A stretch of DNA of 64,000 bases from Camelus ferus (GCF_009834535.1 NC_045714.1:27962001-28026000); one strand, 5' to 3'. Shown: positions 24,672 through 36,882, numbered from the stretch's first letter. The notes: generated from the letters alone by a model not told the origin. Made by a program: numbers and translations.

Positions 24672-25150
24672 CAGGGGGTTATTAACCTTTCGTGTGCCAT
24701 GGACCTCTTTGGTCAGTTGAAGACCTGTTCATAATGATGCTTTTAAATGCCTAGAAGCACAGCGCATAGGATTAAAAAGAAAACCAATTATACAGACGTA
24801 TGTTTAGCCAAATTAATTTAAAAAACCAAATTTGTAATATAGTAATGGATATATACTAGTTCAATGAGGCATTGGCTCTTGTCACACAGTGGTGGATCAA
24901 ATAACTCCTATAAATCTGAAGTGGCGACAAGCATAAACGACATTTTCCGATCTCTGCCTAATATTAATGTAATATGAAAAGAGCTATGATTTCTAATGGT
25001 AACAAATATTCTTAATACTATGGTGTTTTGAATATTTCATTGCTAATAAAAACAAAATTTATTAGAACTTGGTCAAAATAAAGATGTAAATATTTTCCCC
25101 CACGCACGGCCTGCTGAGGTTCCAGGGATGGCAGAACAAGGGCCCCTCCA
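24672..25150. mobile_element. hAT-Charlie non-autonomous DNA transposon (family uncertain)
   Basis: gggttattaacctttcgtgtgccatggacctctttgg...ataggattaaaaagaaaaccaattata...aaaataaagatgtaaatattttcccc. Confidence 0.75.
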
Positions 25151-25500
25151 GAGCTGACATGTCTCACACACATTTTACTGGGTTTCTTGTGGGTGTTCTA
25201 CCTTGACTGTTGGGTCAAACCATGTTCTCTGCTACTCCTCTGTCATTAGCAACAATGATTTTTTTAATTAAAAAAAAATAGTGATGTTTGAATAACTTGA
25301 ACTGTAAACAGGAACTTCTAAAAAATTGAATAGTAAAGTTCAATTTGTGTTTTTTTCAATCATTTGTAGCTCTGATCAGAAATAAACTAGTCCGAAAAAG
25401 AAAAGAAAGAAGAAAGAAAGAAGCTAGGCTGTTTGATTATACGCAGACTGATTAGAATGTCTTTTTTTTTTTTTTTTTAAATGAAATCTTTGAATCTTAC

Positions 25501-25557
25501 TCTGGTGCTCAGACTTTCCCGGGCTTTCTGCCAGACTCCACACGGCCCCTCCCCCAT
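25501..25557 (-). CDS. Candidate first coding exon A (MGEGPCGVWQKARESLSTR), gene unidentified
   Basis: Strong Kozak cccgccATGG, 19 open codons, donor AGA|gtaaga (phase 0), in-frame upstream stop, GC-rich unique context. Confidence 0.3.
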
Positions 25558-25889
25558 GGCGGGGCTGCCCAGCCCCCTCCGCAGCCAGCCTTCTGTGCTC
25601 TCCAGCAAGCGCCCTCTCAAACTCCCACGCTAATCAGAGGTATTTTGCCTTTCTAAAGTTCCCTGCTCTCAAAGCTTTGCTTCTTTTCTCCCATGAGTAA
25701 ACAGAAGTGAAAAAAAAAAAAAAACCACCTCCGACTGAGGCCAGCAGCACAGCCCCCACCCCTCCTCCTCCTTAATTAGGAGGCGACTTCTCCTCTCCCA
25801 GGATAAACTCTCCAGCTCAGAGAGAAGCAGCACAGTAAGCATCGCTGGTTCTCAGACCAGAGCTGCTCATTTTAGACAGGCCACCTTAC

Positions 25890-25934
25890 CTCCCTCGCAG
25901 CCCAGAGGCTACTGGAGGAAGCTGTGCGCCCCAT
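25890..25934 (-). CDS. Candidate first coding exon B (MGRTASSSSLWAARE), gene unidentified
   Basis: Kozak gggcATGG, 15 open codons, strong donor GAG|gtaagg (phase 0). Confidence 0.25.
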
Positions 25935-26279
25935 GCCCTGGGCTGGGAGTTAACCAGCCAGGAGCCCGGCCAGCTTCCTCCCACCTCCACCCAGAGGTTT
26001 CAGCCAAAAACCTGGGAGTCACCCCTACCTCCTCCCTTCCCCTAACCCTCCGCCATCAGTTGCCAGTCTGGTCAATTTCACTTCCTCAAGCGCTGAACAC
26101 ATCCCTGCTCTCTCCTTCCCTAGCTCGGAGCATGGGGCCCCTTCTCCTGGTGTCCCAGATAAACTCTCCAGGCCTCTGCTAGAGCCTCGGCTGCCAAGCC
26201 TGCCCGGGGCTCTGGGCCTGAGGAACATAACCACAGGTCTCCGATGAGTACCCCCCGCCGCCCCCGTCTCCCACTGCTC

Positions 26280-26590
26280 CCTGGCACATGTACACTTTGC
26301 CATTTGCTTCAGTGCTCAGGGGGCTCCCACACATCCTCGAACCCTGGCAGCACTGTGGGCATCTCGGAGCTTTTCAGACCAGCTTGTCACACCCTCCTAG
26401 GGATCTGTGCTGGTTTATTTCCACACTAAGCGACTGGTCCACGTAGGGGCCTCCCTTGCTAGACTGTCAGCTCCTCGGTGGAGGCAGGGTCCACCTCAGT
26501 CACTCTGCAGCCCAGGGATGAGTGCGGTGCCAGCTCATAGTGAATGCTCACTACTTAATGAAGGGAAGGAAGGAAGGAATGAACAAATGA
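26280..26590 (+). mobile_element. L2 3' end
   Basis: ctagactgtcagctcctcggtggaggcagggtcc...cagctcatagtgaatgctcactacttaatgaa plus a (GAAG/GAAT)n tail. Confidence 0.75.
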
Positions 26591-27019
26591 CAGGGCACCG
26601 AGCTTCGAGTTTAGGGCAAACCATGGCCTTATCTGCACACTGGGGACAAGGTCAGCCTGCTTGAGCCCAGGACACTGATGTGTCAGAGAACAAATTTCTC
26701 CCTCCTTATTCTGGAGTGGTGAAAACTATGTCATCACCAGTGGCAACCACTCATTTTCCATATTTTGGCAAAAGGGAATTCAAGGATCCTAGGATTACCT
26801 CACCCCAAACTCACTGCCAAACAAGCTGGTTGGTGATTTTTCCTATCTTTTTCCTAAGAATTCCAAAGCCGAAATTTAACTATTACCAAGTCTTCAGGGG
26901 TGGGAGGTCTTGTCTTCCAGTTTTACATTAAGTGTAAAATAAAGGGGAAAATGCTAACATTTTTCATACATGGAGATGTCTCAGAAGCAGGTGAGAACAC
27001 AGATACGTGGAAGGTTCCA

Positions 27020-27700
27020 CACATTCTCTTGTGCATTCATTCACTCCCCTGAGTTTCACAGGTTCACTGGGCAGACCCTGGGAGAGGAAGGGTAGAACAG
27101 AGCCCAGGAGGAAGTGTGACCACAGTGCACACCCAGGGACCAGAGGCAGCAGAGTGACAGCTTTGCCTGAGGGAGGCCAGGAAAGAGGACATGATGTCAG
27201 AGCTAAGCCCTGAGGAACAGCACAGCAAGTGGTGGAGAAAGAAAATGCACCCACCAGGGAAAGAGGCCCAAAGAGCTCAGCGTGCTCTGCGGACGAAGAG
27301 TCTGATGATGTGGAAATAGGGCATGTCGGCAGATGAGGTGACAAGGCAGGAGAGTTCAGAGCACGGAGGAGCCCTGGACAGGCTGAGGGGGCCGAAGAGG
27401 ATGCAGGCTGGAGAGCTCTCCCACCTGAGACTGTGAGCACGGGCTGGGGGGTGGAAATGATCAGAGCTGGGCATAGAGGGTTAAAGCCACTGCCAGAACC
27501 CAAACAAGAGGCAAGAGAATATGGTCCTGAGGTGAGGAGGAAGGGACCAACTCGAGGGATACACCGAAGACAGAGTCTAGAGGATGCAGTTGGGTGTCAG
27601 AGGAAGGAGGGCAAGGAGGACGCCCAAGGAACAGGAGCAGCTTCCACCTCGCCCCGGGGGGCCCGCAGGTGGCTCCTAGAGTCTGATGCAACTGTCACCA
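27020..27700 (-). mobile_element. Degenerate L2 fragment(s)
   Basis: cattcattcact tail followed by purine-rich L2-like motifs; accounts for the 158-179 aa chance ORFs. Confidence 0.55.
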
Positions 27701-28129
27701 GCATTGTGCACCCACCTGGACTGAAGGCAGTTTGGATTAACAAGGCAAAGATTTTAAATGGGGGACTAAGAAAAACAAGGGTAAAAACATCAACGAAGCC
27801 AGCATTAGGTCTGACAGGCCTGTACCAAGCCCCCTGCAGTCTTAGGTCTCTGCGACACGCTGCTCTCAGTTTGCTAGTTACCCATGAGGAACACAAGAGG
27901 CCAGTCTGAGGCGGTGAGATGAGAACAGATCTGTGCGGAGGGTAACTCAGTCATTCCTGAAGCTAACTCTGGAAAGACATTTCTCCTGAAGATCTTCACA
28001 CACACAAAAAAAACACGGCATTTGTCTTCCTTTACTAACAGGCTTTGGGAAAACATATTAAAATATTTTCATATCAGAACAAACTGCATATATGTTAGAG
28101 CATGGAACTGAAAAGTCATGTGATGTTTA

Positions 28130-28305
28130 AAGAAAAAGCACAGTTTAAAATATTTAGCACTGTTTACAGAGCACCTACGTTCCAGGCAGCTGTAGCATTC
28201 AACATAACCCCCGTCACAAAGCTGTGAAGGGACATGACTACTGCTCACATTTTATAGGTCAGGGAGTGGAAGGCTGGAGGCAGAGAAGGGGAAGACTAGT
28301 CCAAG
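28130..28305 (-). mobile_element. MIR
   Basis: gagcacctacgttccaggc...ctgctcacattttataggtcagggag...gtccaaggt. Confidence 0.6.
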
Positions 28306-28312
28306 GTTAAAA

Positions 28313-28340
28313 CCCCACCCCACCCCACCCCACCCCACCC
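28313..28340. repeat. (CCCCA)5 pentanucleotide repeat
   Basis: Directly visible. Confidence 0.95.
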
Positions 28341-31029
28341 ATGCCTGGCAATGGAGGCAAGGATTCTGAACAGGGTCACGCAGCTCCCTTCCCTGGGCTG
28401 AAGCAAGGCCCTGAGAGCTCAGATCCTGAAACTGCCGTGGTGGGTTAGGTACCCTGTTGGAATAAGAGCAAAGTCTACCACAGAGAGAGTGGGGCCAGAG
28501 GGGTGTGTGCAGGGGTGAGGAGAAAGGGAAGGGACAGCAGAGGACACCAGTGGCAGGTCACATGGAAGGTGGGGTAAGGGCGTCAGGACAGGAAAAGAGG
28601 TCTCCTGACACCAAAGCCCGACCCAGAGAGTTCCAGCTGGAGAAAAGTCAACACAAATATTCTGTCTATTTAACCCCCTTGGCCTGTCCCTCATTAAAAA
28701 AACTTGCCCAAGAAATCCCAGCTTGAAGTTTGCATTCGAGAAAAAGAAACCAGCATACCTTTAGGATGGCACATACAAGAAACCTACAGACAGTCAGGCC
28801 AGGGGACGAGAGAAGAAAGGGGCGTGCTGTTGGGACACACTACACCCTTAATCCGACTGCAGAAACTTCCTAAGGGGGAAACGCTGGCGGTCACAACAGC
28901 TAAGACTGGCAGAGCACGGACTGTGAGCCAGACCCGGCCTCAAGCCCTCTCAGGGCCTTTCTGCATTTAATTCTCAGGACAACCCAGAGAGGCATGCAGT
29001 GTTACCACTCAGTGTTCTGGAAACACCGAGAAACTTCAGGGCTCGCTCTCTCTCTGAGAAGATCCCTGGTGATCATGGCTGGGTTTTGTTTGGTGTGGTG
29101 CCTTGCCAACCTGGCAACACTCATTAGGCCTGCTACAAGGAACTCTCTCTATCCTTAGTGATCGAATTAGGCACAGCCTGAATTCGAGATCACAGCACAC
29201 ACAGAAGGCCTGGGGAAGGTCTTCTGCAGACCCAGAGCGGGAACAGCCCAGCACAGGGAGTCCGAGGCCGCCCTCTCTTCTGACAACACCCTGGTTTGGG
29301 GGGGAGTGTGGCCCAACTAAGTCTCCTTCATGGTGCCTTCTGCTCTAACATACCCTCTTGGTGGCGTTCTGGTTTGCAGCCATTTGCTTGGATTCCATCT
29401 GCCCCCACAACGACCATCCTCCTGTGAAGGTGACGAAGAGCCACCCTGAGTCTGTCCCCAGATGTCCATGGTGGGCTGCCCACATACAGCAGGAAAATCA
29501 CCGTCATTCTGGAGCAGATGACAGGAGAGCACACTTCCTGCTGCGCCGACCTCTGCGGTCACCAATGACAGAAAAGGTCAGTCTCAGGGCTGGAAACCAC
29601 GGTATGAACCACGGGACCCGGAGATGCTCAGTGGGGCTGGCAGAGGCAAACATCTGATCAACCAATGAGCTCTTCCCTCAAGGCACTCTCCGACCAGATT
29701 CAGATGACACTGCGCTCCTCTGGGCTGCCGCGGCCTCGCATGCGTGCTTTTGTCCCGGAACCCAAGCCAGCCTGTCACCGCGTGCCTGCATACGTCCCTC
29801 TCCCACGAGCTGCCCGTGAGGAGCAGCCACCTTCTCTTACCATTGGGTTGTCAGTGCCTAGAACTAGGCAGGCCTAGTTACACAGAAGGCAGCGGAGAGT
29901 GTTTGTTCAATGAAGGAAGGAATACATCAGTGATGAAAAAGTGTCTGCCTTGTTCTTTTTCTGGAGGGATCACCACTCTCTCGCCTGCACCCTGTCCTCA
30001 GAGCAGAGTCAAGCCCAAGCTCATGGCTTGCAGCTGAGGTTGCCTCGCAGATGCACAGGCTACTGTCACCCCAGAAAACGGGCAGAGATGCCCAGTGCTC
30101 CACGCCAGATGGCCAGCGTCCCATCTTCCAACCAGGTTGAGCGGGCTGCAGATCCCTGGCTGCTTATGTGAATCCAGACCCAGTAGAGGGAACCTAGGTC
30201 AGGCTTCCCTGGTTGCAAAGGGATGACGACTCCTTTGAGCTCAAGTTTTTCTGGTTGAAAAAGACGTAGGGGAGGGTGTGACTTGTCTGAAGTGGAAGGG
30301 AATTGGGAGCGGAGGGAGTTTCTCTCTCCTGTTTGTTTGTTTGTTTTTAACAGCAATTGAAAATTTATTCCAGTTATAATGCAGGTTATGCTGACTTCAA
30401 GGTAGCATCACATGGCATGCTTCTGAGTCCATTCCCGAGATATTCTGTTTGTACTTGACTCTGTTTGCTCTGCAGATCCGTCAGCTGTGGGACATTTGAC
30501 TACAGGTATGTACACCTTCCCAGTCACTTCCAGTTTGTTTTTCTTAACAGATTTATTGCTGCAGTTGGGAAGAGGTTCTACCTGGGCACGGAGCAAATCA
30601 CAAAGGGATGAGAAAAAAAAAAAAAAAAAAGACAGCAGAAAAGCAGAGCTAATGAGTTTGATGAGAATTCCCACAAGGAGGAAAAAGTAAGAGTCAGGGG
30701 CTGATGTCTTTCAGTTAATTGTCTCGTCTCTTGCTCAGAAAGAGTTTTGGGTTTTTTTGCCTAGAACACTCACAGTGGTAGGTTCACGGTCTCCATGGAT
30801 AAGACTGGAGAAGGGAAGAAAAAGAATAAAGCAAAGGCCAACACAGTGGTATTAGGAAGCGATACTTAAGTTTAACACATGCTTCTGGAATCTTTAAGGA
30901 GTATTTGAGGCCGGATCACAGACTCTAAAACCCATCACTGCATGAAGAATGCAGTTAGGAACAGGCCCTCTCCCTTTGAGAGATAGGAACCGACTTCATT
31001 TCTTTAGACACTTTCCTTAATGACTTTCA

Positions 31030-31310
31030 AAAACTGATCCTTTCAAATGTAACCTGCAGGCTGTGATTCCTAGGAGCCTGGCCTGGGGCATGTACGGAGC
31101 CCTGGAGCAGCGAGGAGCAGGGTGATGACCGGGCAGGACAGACTTAGCAAATAAGCCCCCCTGTGCCTCAGTGCCCCCTGCCCCAGGGAGGCCGCAGTGA
31201 AAAGTGGAGACAATAATGGAAGACACTTCATGGAGTTGTTTTGAGGATTAAATGAGACAATCCAGGCACAAGACTTCAGCACGGTGCCTGCCATACAGAG
31301 GGCTCAAGAA
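31030..31310 (+). mobile_element. MIR
   Basis: ctgtgcctcagt...aaaagtggagacaataatggaagacacttcatggagttgttttgaggattaaatgagacaat...cagcacggtgcctgccatacagagggctcaa. Confidence 0.8.
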
Positions 31311-31894
31311 AGAAAGATGGGTCATTTTGTTTGCTTTTTCTCCAAAGGTAGAATTTGCCTCAAATGCCAGAGCATTGTAAATGAACTCTGAATTGTCAGT
31401 TTCATGAGATTTACAAATTGATAGGGCGCAGGTTTCCACCTATTCCTACTAATAAACGCCTGAGAATTCTCTCCCACCGTCATACTCTGGCCACACATTG
31501 CTTCTCGGAAGAACAACAGATGGCTTGTAATCACAGCAGATTACAGCAAGCTCTCTCCTCTCACATATTTCTGCAACAGAGAACATGAAATGAAAAGATA
31601 ATCTGACAGAAATTATTATGTACTTGTCTATAGGGAACTTGTCTTGAGAGGGTCTTAAGTGGCTAGAAAAAAAAGCAACATTCACAGTTAGCGGTATTTC
31701 GGATGGTGAGGAGTGTGTTCAAGACCAGTTATGGCCAATGATCTAGTAATGTGAAAATGGAACCTGGTGAACACCAGGGGTGGAAGTCCCCACAAATTCT
31801 GCTCATAGCTTTATCCAGCATGTGTCATTGAGACGCTTTGGAATGTGGGTTTGAATTTAAACTCTAAAAATTAACATGCTGAAAAATCTTTTAA

Positions 31895-32545
31895 AATAGA
31901 CTTACTCTATGATCCAGGAATCATACTCCTGGGTATATATTTGGAGGGAGCTCTTAATTCGAAAAGATACANNNNNNNNNNNNNNNNNNNNNNNNNNNNN
32001 NNNNNNNNNNNNNNNNNNNNNNNNNNNNNNNNNNNNNNNNNNNNNNNNNNNNNNNNNNNNNNNNNNNNNNNNNNNNNNNNNNNNNNNNNNNNNNNNNNNN
32101 NNNNNNNNNNNNNNNNNNNNNNNNNNNNNNNNNNNNNNNNNNNNNNNNNNNNNNNNNNNNNNNNNNNNNNNNNNNNNNNNNNNNNNNNNNNNNNNNNNNN
32201 NNNNNNNNNNNNNNNNNNNNNNNNNNNNNNNNNNNNNNNNNNNNTATTTAAAAAACTGAGACAGACTCACAGACATAGAAAACAAACCTATGGTTACGAG
32301 GGGTAATGGGGTGGGGAGGAATAAATTGGGAGTTTGGGATTTGCAGATACTATTATATATAAAATAGGTAAACAATAAGGTCATACTGTATAGCACAGGG
32401 ACCTATATTCAGTAACTTGTAATAGCCTATAATGAAAAAGAGTATAGAAACGAATATATATATACACATATAACTGAATCACTATGCTGTACACCAGGAA
32501 TTAAGACACTGTAAATCAACTATATTTTAATGAATTTTTTTAAAT
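31895..32545 (+). mobile_element. Cetartiodactyl-type L1 3' end
   Basis: tatgatccaggaatcatactcctgggtatatat...agactcacagacatagaaaacaaacctatggttac...ctgtatagcacagggacctatattcag...cactgtaaatcaactata. Confidence 0.93.
31972..32244. other. Assembly gap (273 N)
   Basis: Run of N inside L1. Confidence 1.
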
Positions 32546-33434
32546 AAAATAAAAATTTTAAAAAATCTTCTTTTATATTCCCAGAGAATCCTGACATTCT
32601 TCAATGTCAAGAGGAACAAAAGAAAAGCAGGGCAGCCCATGAGTTAAAGAAATTTATGACAAATTATAAATGAATCAAACAAAAACAAAACCAAAAACTG
32701 TGTAAATATTCCCCTAAGCATGTGTGGATTGCTCTAAAGGGTGGTCAATCCCAGAGGGAGATTTCTTGAAAGAGGAAGGGCGATAAAAGACGGGGGCACA
32801 GTTTTCCTGCCTCTTCGGGGGGGGGGGGCGGTGAGGATGGGGAGGGGAACCAAAGAGTCTTTGATGAGTGCTTTGGGGATTCCGGATGACTTAGAGGAAT
32901 TCCGTTCAGTTAATGTGAAATAATTTAAGGAATCCCCCACATCAGTGTTTTTCCCTCTGGAATCCTCATCGATTTTCAAGTATAATAAAGGACTTGCCCA
33001 GTAAAGCAGTGTCGGGCATGCTCTGTTCAATCCAGCCGTCATTTAATTTTTTCTGGAGTATTAATGTTGTGTAGGTATGCTGATGAAGGGGGCTGCATCT
33101 GCTCTTCTAAACCGGGGAAGGGTAGTGATTTCCAAGCCCACTTTGATAGGCCAAAGATAAGGCTGTGTGGAACCTTCACAGGAAGGAAGGCAAAGAGAAT
33201 CCAAGCACGTGTCTGCAACCACCTCAGAGCGAGGCCCTCCTGAGGCTACTGCACATGGAAAGTGTCCACTTCTGTGGGGTTCAGGGTTACCCGTGTCTCA
33301 GAGACCCAACCAAGTCAAGTGCTCGGCCCCCCTCTCTGCCCTCGGCCATGCTTTTCATCCTGGTTCTGCCAGTTCAGGAAAGTTCTCTGTGTGTCCAACC
33401 ATAAGGATATTTGCCCACTAGAGTCTGGAGACCA

Positions 33435-33596
33435 AGCTCTCAAAGTACCAGCAGCATCAGTATCTCCTGGCTTGCTTTTCTGACATGCAAATTCAGAACT
33501 ACTCAGTCCAAAGTGCTGGAATGGGGTCCAGTATCCTGAGGTTTAACAAGCACTCCAGATGGTTCTGGTACAGGCTCAGGTTTAAGAACCACTGCT
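33435..33596 (+). mobile_element. MER5A (hAT-Charlie)
   Basis: accagcagcatcagtatctcctgg...atgcaaattc...tttaacaagcactccagatggttctg...tttaagaaccactg. Confidence 0.85.
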
Positions 33597-34309
33597 GTAG
33601 GCTACTACATCTCTTTGAGGACCACTCCTGGCATTCTCTGTACAATACAGGAAATTTTTTGGAGATTACATTAGAAAGGAGAAAAAAATACATCTGATTA
33701 GGTTTCATAATGTAACACGCTAGAAGGTGACAGCTTACCACAATACACTATGATTCTAAAACCCACTGGGAAAGACATCACACCTCTATTATGATGATAA
33801 GAAAATAATTCCCTTAGAGTTGTAAGGAACTCAAACTATGATTTTCCTTAAAAAGAAAAAACAGAAACCTTCCAAAGGTAAATGTGCTGTGCAGCCAGGG
33901 TTGAGAACCACAGACATAATAAAGCCTCCCTGAGCATCTTGAAAACTTCCCCCTGGATCAGGATGATGATGATGGAAATTCAAAGGGAAAAGGAAATCTA
34001 CCTGCTGGTCAAGGCAGAGCCTTAGGAAGAAACGGAAAGGAAAGGCCAAAAATGGAGAGGAAGGAAGCTGTAAGCCCCAAACTGTCAGGGAGGTCACACA
34101 ACTGCACTGAAGTCCTTTAAATGAGTTCATATCACTGGGCTCAGGGGAATGCATCCCAGAGCATGAGGAGGCTGGGCACTGCACATGGCTTGGCCGTTGA
34201 GATGAGGAGGAAGGCTGGAGTTGTGATGAGACCCTGACTGGGGCAAAGACACTGCATTTTGCAAAAAGGAGAGAAAAAGGAGTTTACAACTACTAACTTA
34301 ATCCCTAAT

Positions 34310-34460
34310 AGATTAGTTGATTATAGTATTTCAGGTGTACAGCAAAGAGATTCAGTTTTATATATATATATTTTTTTCTTTTTCAGATTTTTTTCCATTA
34401 TAGGTTATTACAAGATGTTGAATAGAGTTCCCTGTGCTATACAGCAGGTCCTTGCTGTTT
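34310..34460 (-). mobile_element. Short cetartiodactyl-type L1 3' fragment
   Basis: caggtgtacagcaaagagattcag...ttataggttattacaagatgttgaatagagttccctgtgctatacagcaggtc. Confidence 0.9.
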
Positions 34461-34775
34461 TAAAGAAGACTTTCTCACTGGCAGGCTTTCTAACCAGGAA
34501 ATGATCCACCATGGGAGGTGGTATGCTCACCAGCCAGCCCAGGAGATCACACTGCATTGACATAAAACACCTGAGAAGGGACAACTTCATAAATACTGCC
34601 TTGTTATCACAGGACACTGGTCTAGTTGAGAAGAGTGATGAAAATGACGCAGGAAGGGGCATGCTACTGACTCGCTGCATTTCATCCACTGGCCACAACA
34701 GGGGTCAGTGGTTCTTGTTTTTTAGTGCACCCTTAAAGATGCGGGCTTATTAACTTCAAGAATCTGAGAAGTAGC

Positions 34776-34900
34776 GGGGAGGGCATAGCTCAAGTGGTAA
34801 AGCAGATGCTGAGCATGCACAAGGTCCTGGGTTCAATCCCCAGTACCTACCTCCTCTAAAACTAAGTAAATAAATAAACCTAATTACCACCCCCACACCC
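34776..34900 (+). mobile_element. tRNA-derived SINE (camelid vic-1-like)
   Basis: gggagggcatagctcaagtggtaaagc...gcatgcacaaggtcctgggttcaatccccagtacct...aaataaataaacctaattaccacccc. Confidence 0.92.
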
Positions 34901-35077
34901 TGTTTCTCAGGCTCTCTGAATCTCAATCCCCTTGTCTGCAAAATGAGGGTAATTCAAAGAGGAAAAATAGAGTTGGAGTTAACAAATAGTAGTTCACTAA
35001 TAAACTGGGAGTAGTTAACAGGTAATGACATCTTCTCAGCCCCAGTGTTCCAACAAATGAGGGTGACAAAACTGACC

Positions 35078-35302
35078 AGCACTGTCTGGTAACTTCCTGT
35101 GATGACGGAAATGTTCTATGTCTTTGCTGTCAAACACCTTGGCCACAACACACATGAGGCTACTGAGCACCTGCACTGAGGCTGGTGTGACTCTTCAGTT
35201 TTATTTAATTCTAATTAATTTAAACTGGTTTATTAGCAATTAATTTATTAATTAACTTAAATAGCTACATGTAGCTAGTGGCTACTATACTGGACAGCGT
35301 AG
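35078..35302. mobile_element. MER3 (hAT-Charlie), near full length
   Basis: ttcctgtgatgacggaaatgttctatgtc...gctactgagcac...tttaaatagctacatgtagctagtggctactatactggacagcg. Confidence 0.88.
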
Positions 35303-36488
35303 AGACTTCCCTAAAGTGACTCCTGGTTCAAAAATTTTGGTTCTATTATTTTAATGAGAGACTGAAACCAAAAGAGCAAACAACATTGGGAACCCCAGAA
35401 TAGGACGTGTCCAGTGATGTGAGGGGATTCCCATCCCGCAGGGAATTCCAGAAGGCTCCTCAGGCCGGCATGTGAGGGCATGGCAGGGACTAACCTGGGA
35501 AATTTCTATGAACTTTACCAAGGAAGGTGCCGATCCCATAGAACTGTTTTATTTAAAGGTATTTTCCTTGTAAAGAGAAAATGAAGCAGTAAACGCTGTT
35601 ACTGCCAATTAGAGGATTAAGAAGTTTAAGTTTCCCGTCACCTTTCACCCCTTTCACCGTGACCCCGCTTTATCAAATCAGAAAACAAAATTCAAGGAGA
35701 ATTCTTAAAATTATTATTGCAGCCACCGTAATCACTCCTAAATCCCTTGGCTTTCAGTGAGAATGAACCTTCAAATGTGGTGCTGAATTTCCCTTCCAAC
35801 CCTGCCCTGTGTCTCAGAACTCAGGAAACAATCCCATAACTGCTTTCATCACTGCTTCATCAGGTTTCTACAAAATGAACAAGAGTTCAAAGGGAATTTG
35901 CAACCAATTCATGGCTAAGGCAGGGAATTGAAATACCAAATGGGAGAGAAGAATGTGAGACAAACACAGGCGAGGTCTGCTGGTGAGAGCCAGAGTTTTT
36001 CTTCCCCGACCCATTTTTAGAGAACTACAAAGAGGAATAAAGGGAGGCAGTTAATTGGTCACAGGACTTGTTTAGAGCCACCACCTCCACTTTCCTTTTC
36101 TAATTGACTGCTGGGAATAACACCGTCTTCAAGGACTGCTCAAAGGGAAACGTGCTGGGACAGGAGACCACTGATGAAATGGCTTCAGAAGCTGAAGATC
36201 ATTAATTAAGGATATTGAGAGCAAGGCTGAAAGCTTAGCTGAAACGAGTGGGAGGGCCAAGTCGGTATCAGCTGCTACCTACACATTAGCAATTAAGCCT
36301 TGTAGAGGCTCTCAGTGGAAAGTTACAGCTCCCAGGCATCCTCCTTGGACACGTGAAGTCTCCTGAGGCAAGCGAACTCTAAAGACGGTATCTTCAGTGG
36401 TAGAGTGATATTTCCAACATCCACTGTTACACACCCTCGATTCTCAGGATTCAGTGTTTTCTAAGCACCGCTATCCGCTGCTTAAAAT

Positions 36489-36882
36489 AGTGTTCCTCAA
36501 ACTTGAGCATGCATCAGATTCATTCACTAGGGGCGCAGGTTACAAACTCAGATTGCAAAGGCTGGCCCCCAGAGTTTCTTATTTCCTAGGCTGGAGGTGG
36601 GGCAGAACTAGAGCACATCTAACACTCCCAGGTGATGTGGATGCAGGCACCGATGCTGCTGGTCTGGGGGCCACAACTTCAGAATCACCAGCCTAGGGAT
36701 AGGGGTTTGCAACCCTAGTGGCACATTAAAATCACCTGGGGGGATATTTAAAGATTATATCCAAATTCTACCCCAGACCAATTTAATCAGACCCAGGAGA
36801 GAGTGGGATGGGGCCTGGACAGCAGCATTCATAAACATCTCCCTACCTGATTGTAACATCCTGGCTGAGTTGAGAACCACTG
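36489..36882 (-). mobile_element. Two adjacent MER5-family copies (about 36489-36695 and 36705-36882)
   Basis: cctcaaacttgagcatgcatcaga...gatgctgctggtctgggg; gcacattaaaatcacctgggg...ttgagaaccactg. Confidence 0.8.

Noticed and set aside
30551-30686. Plus-strand exon between the acceptor at 30550 and the donor aaa|gtaaga
   Set aside because: It contains an 18-nt poly-A run, the phase-0 frame hits a stop, and the remaining open frame is low-complexity and unrecognised.
31902-32396. Long ORFs containing X runs (also 7931-8242 and 15692-15986)
   Set aside because: These are artefacts of translating through N gaps.
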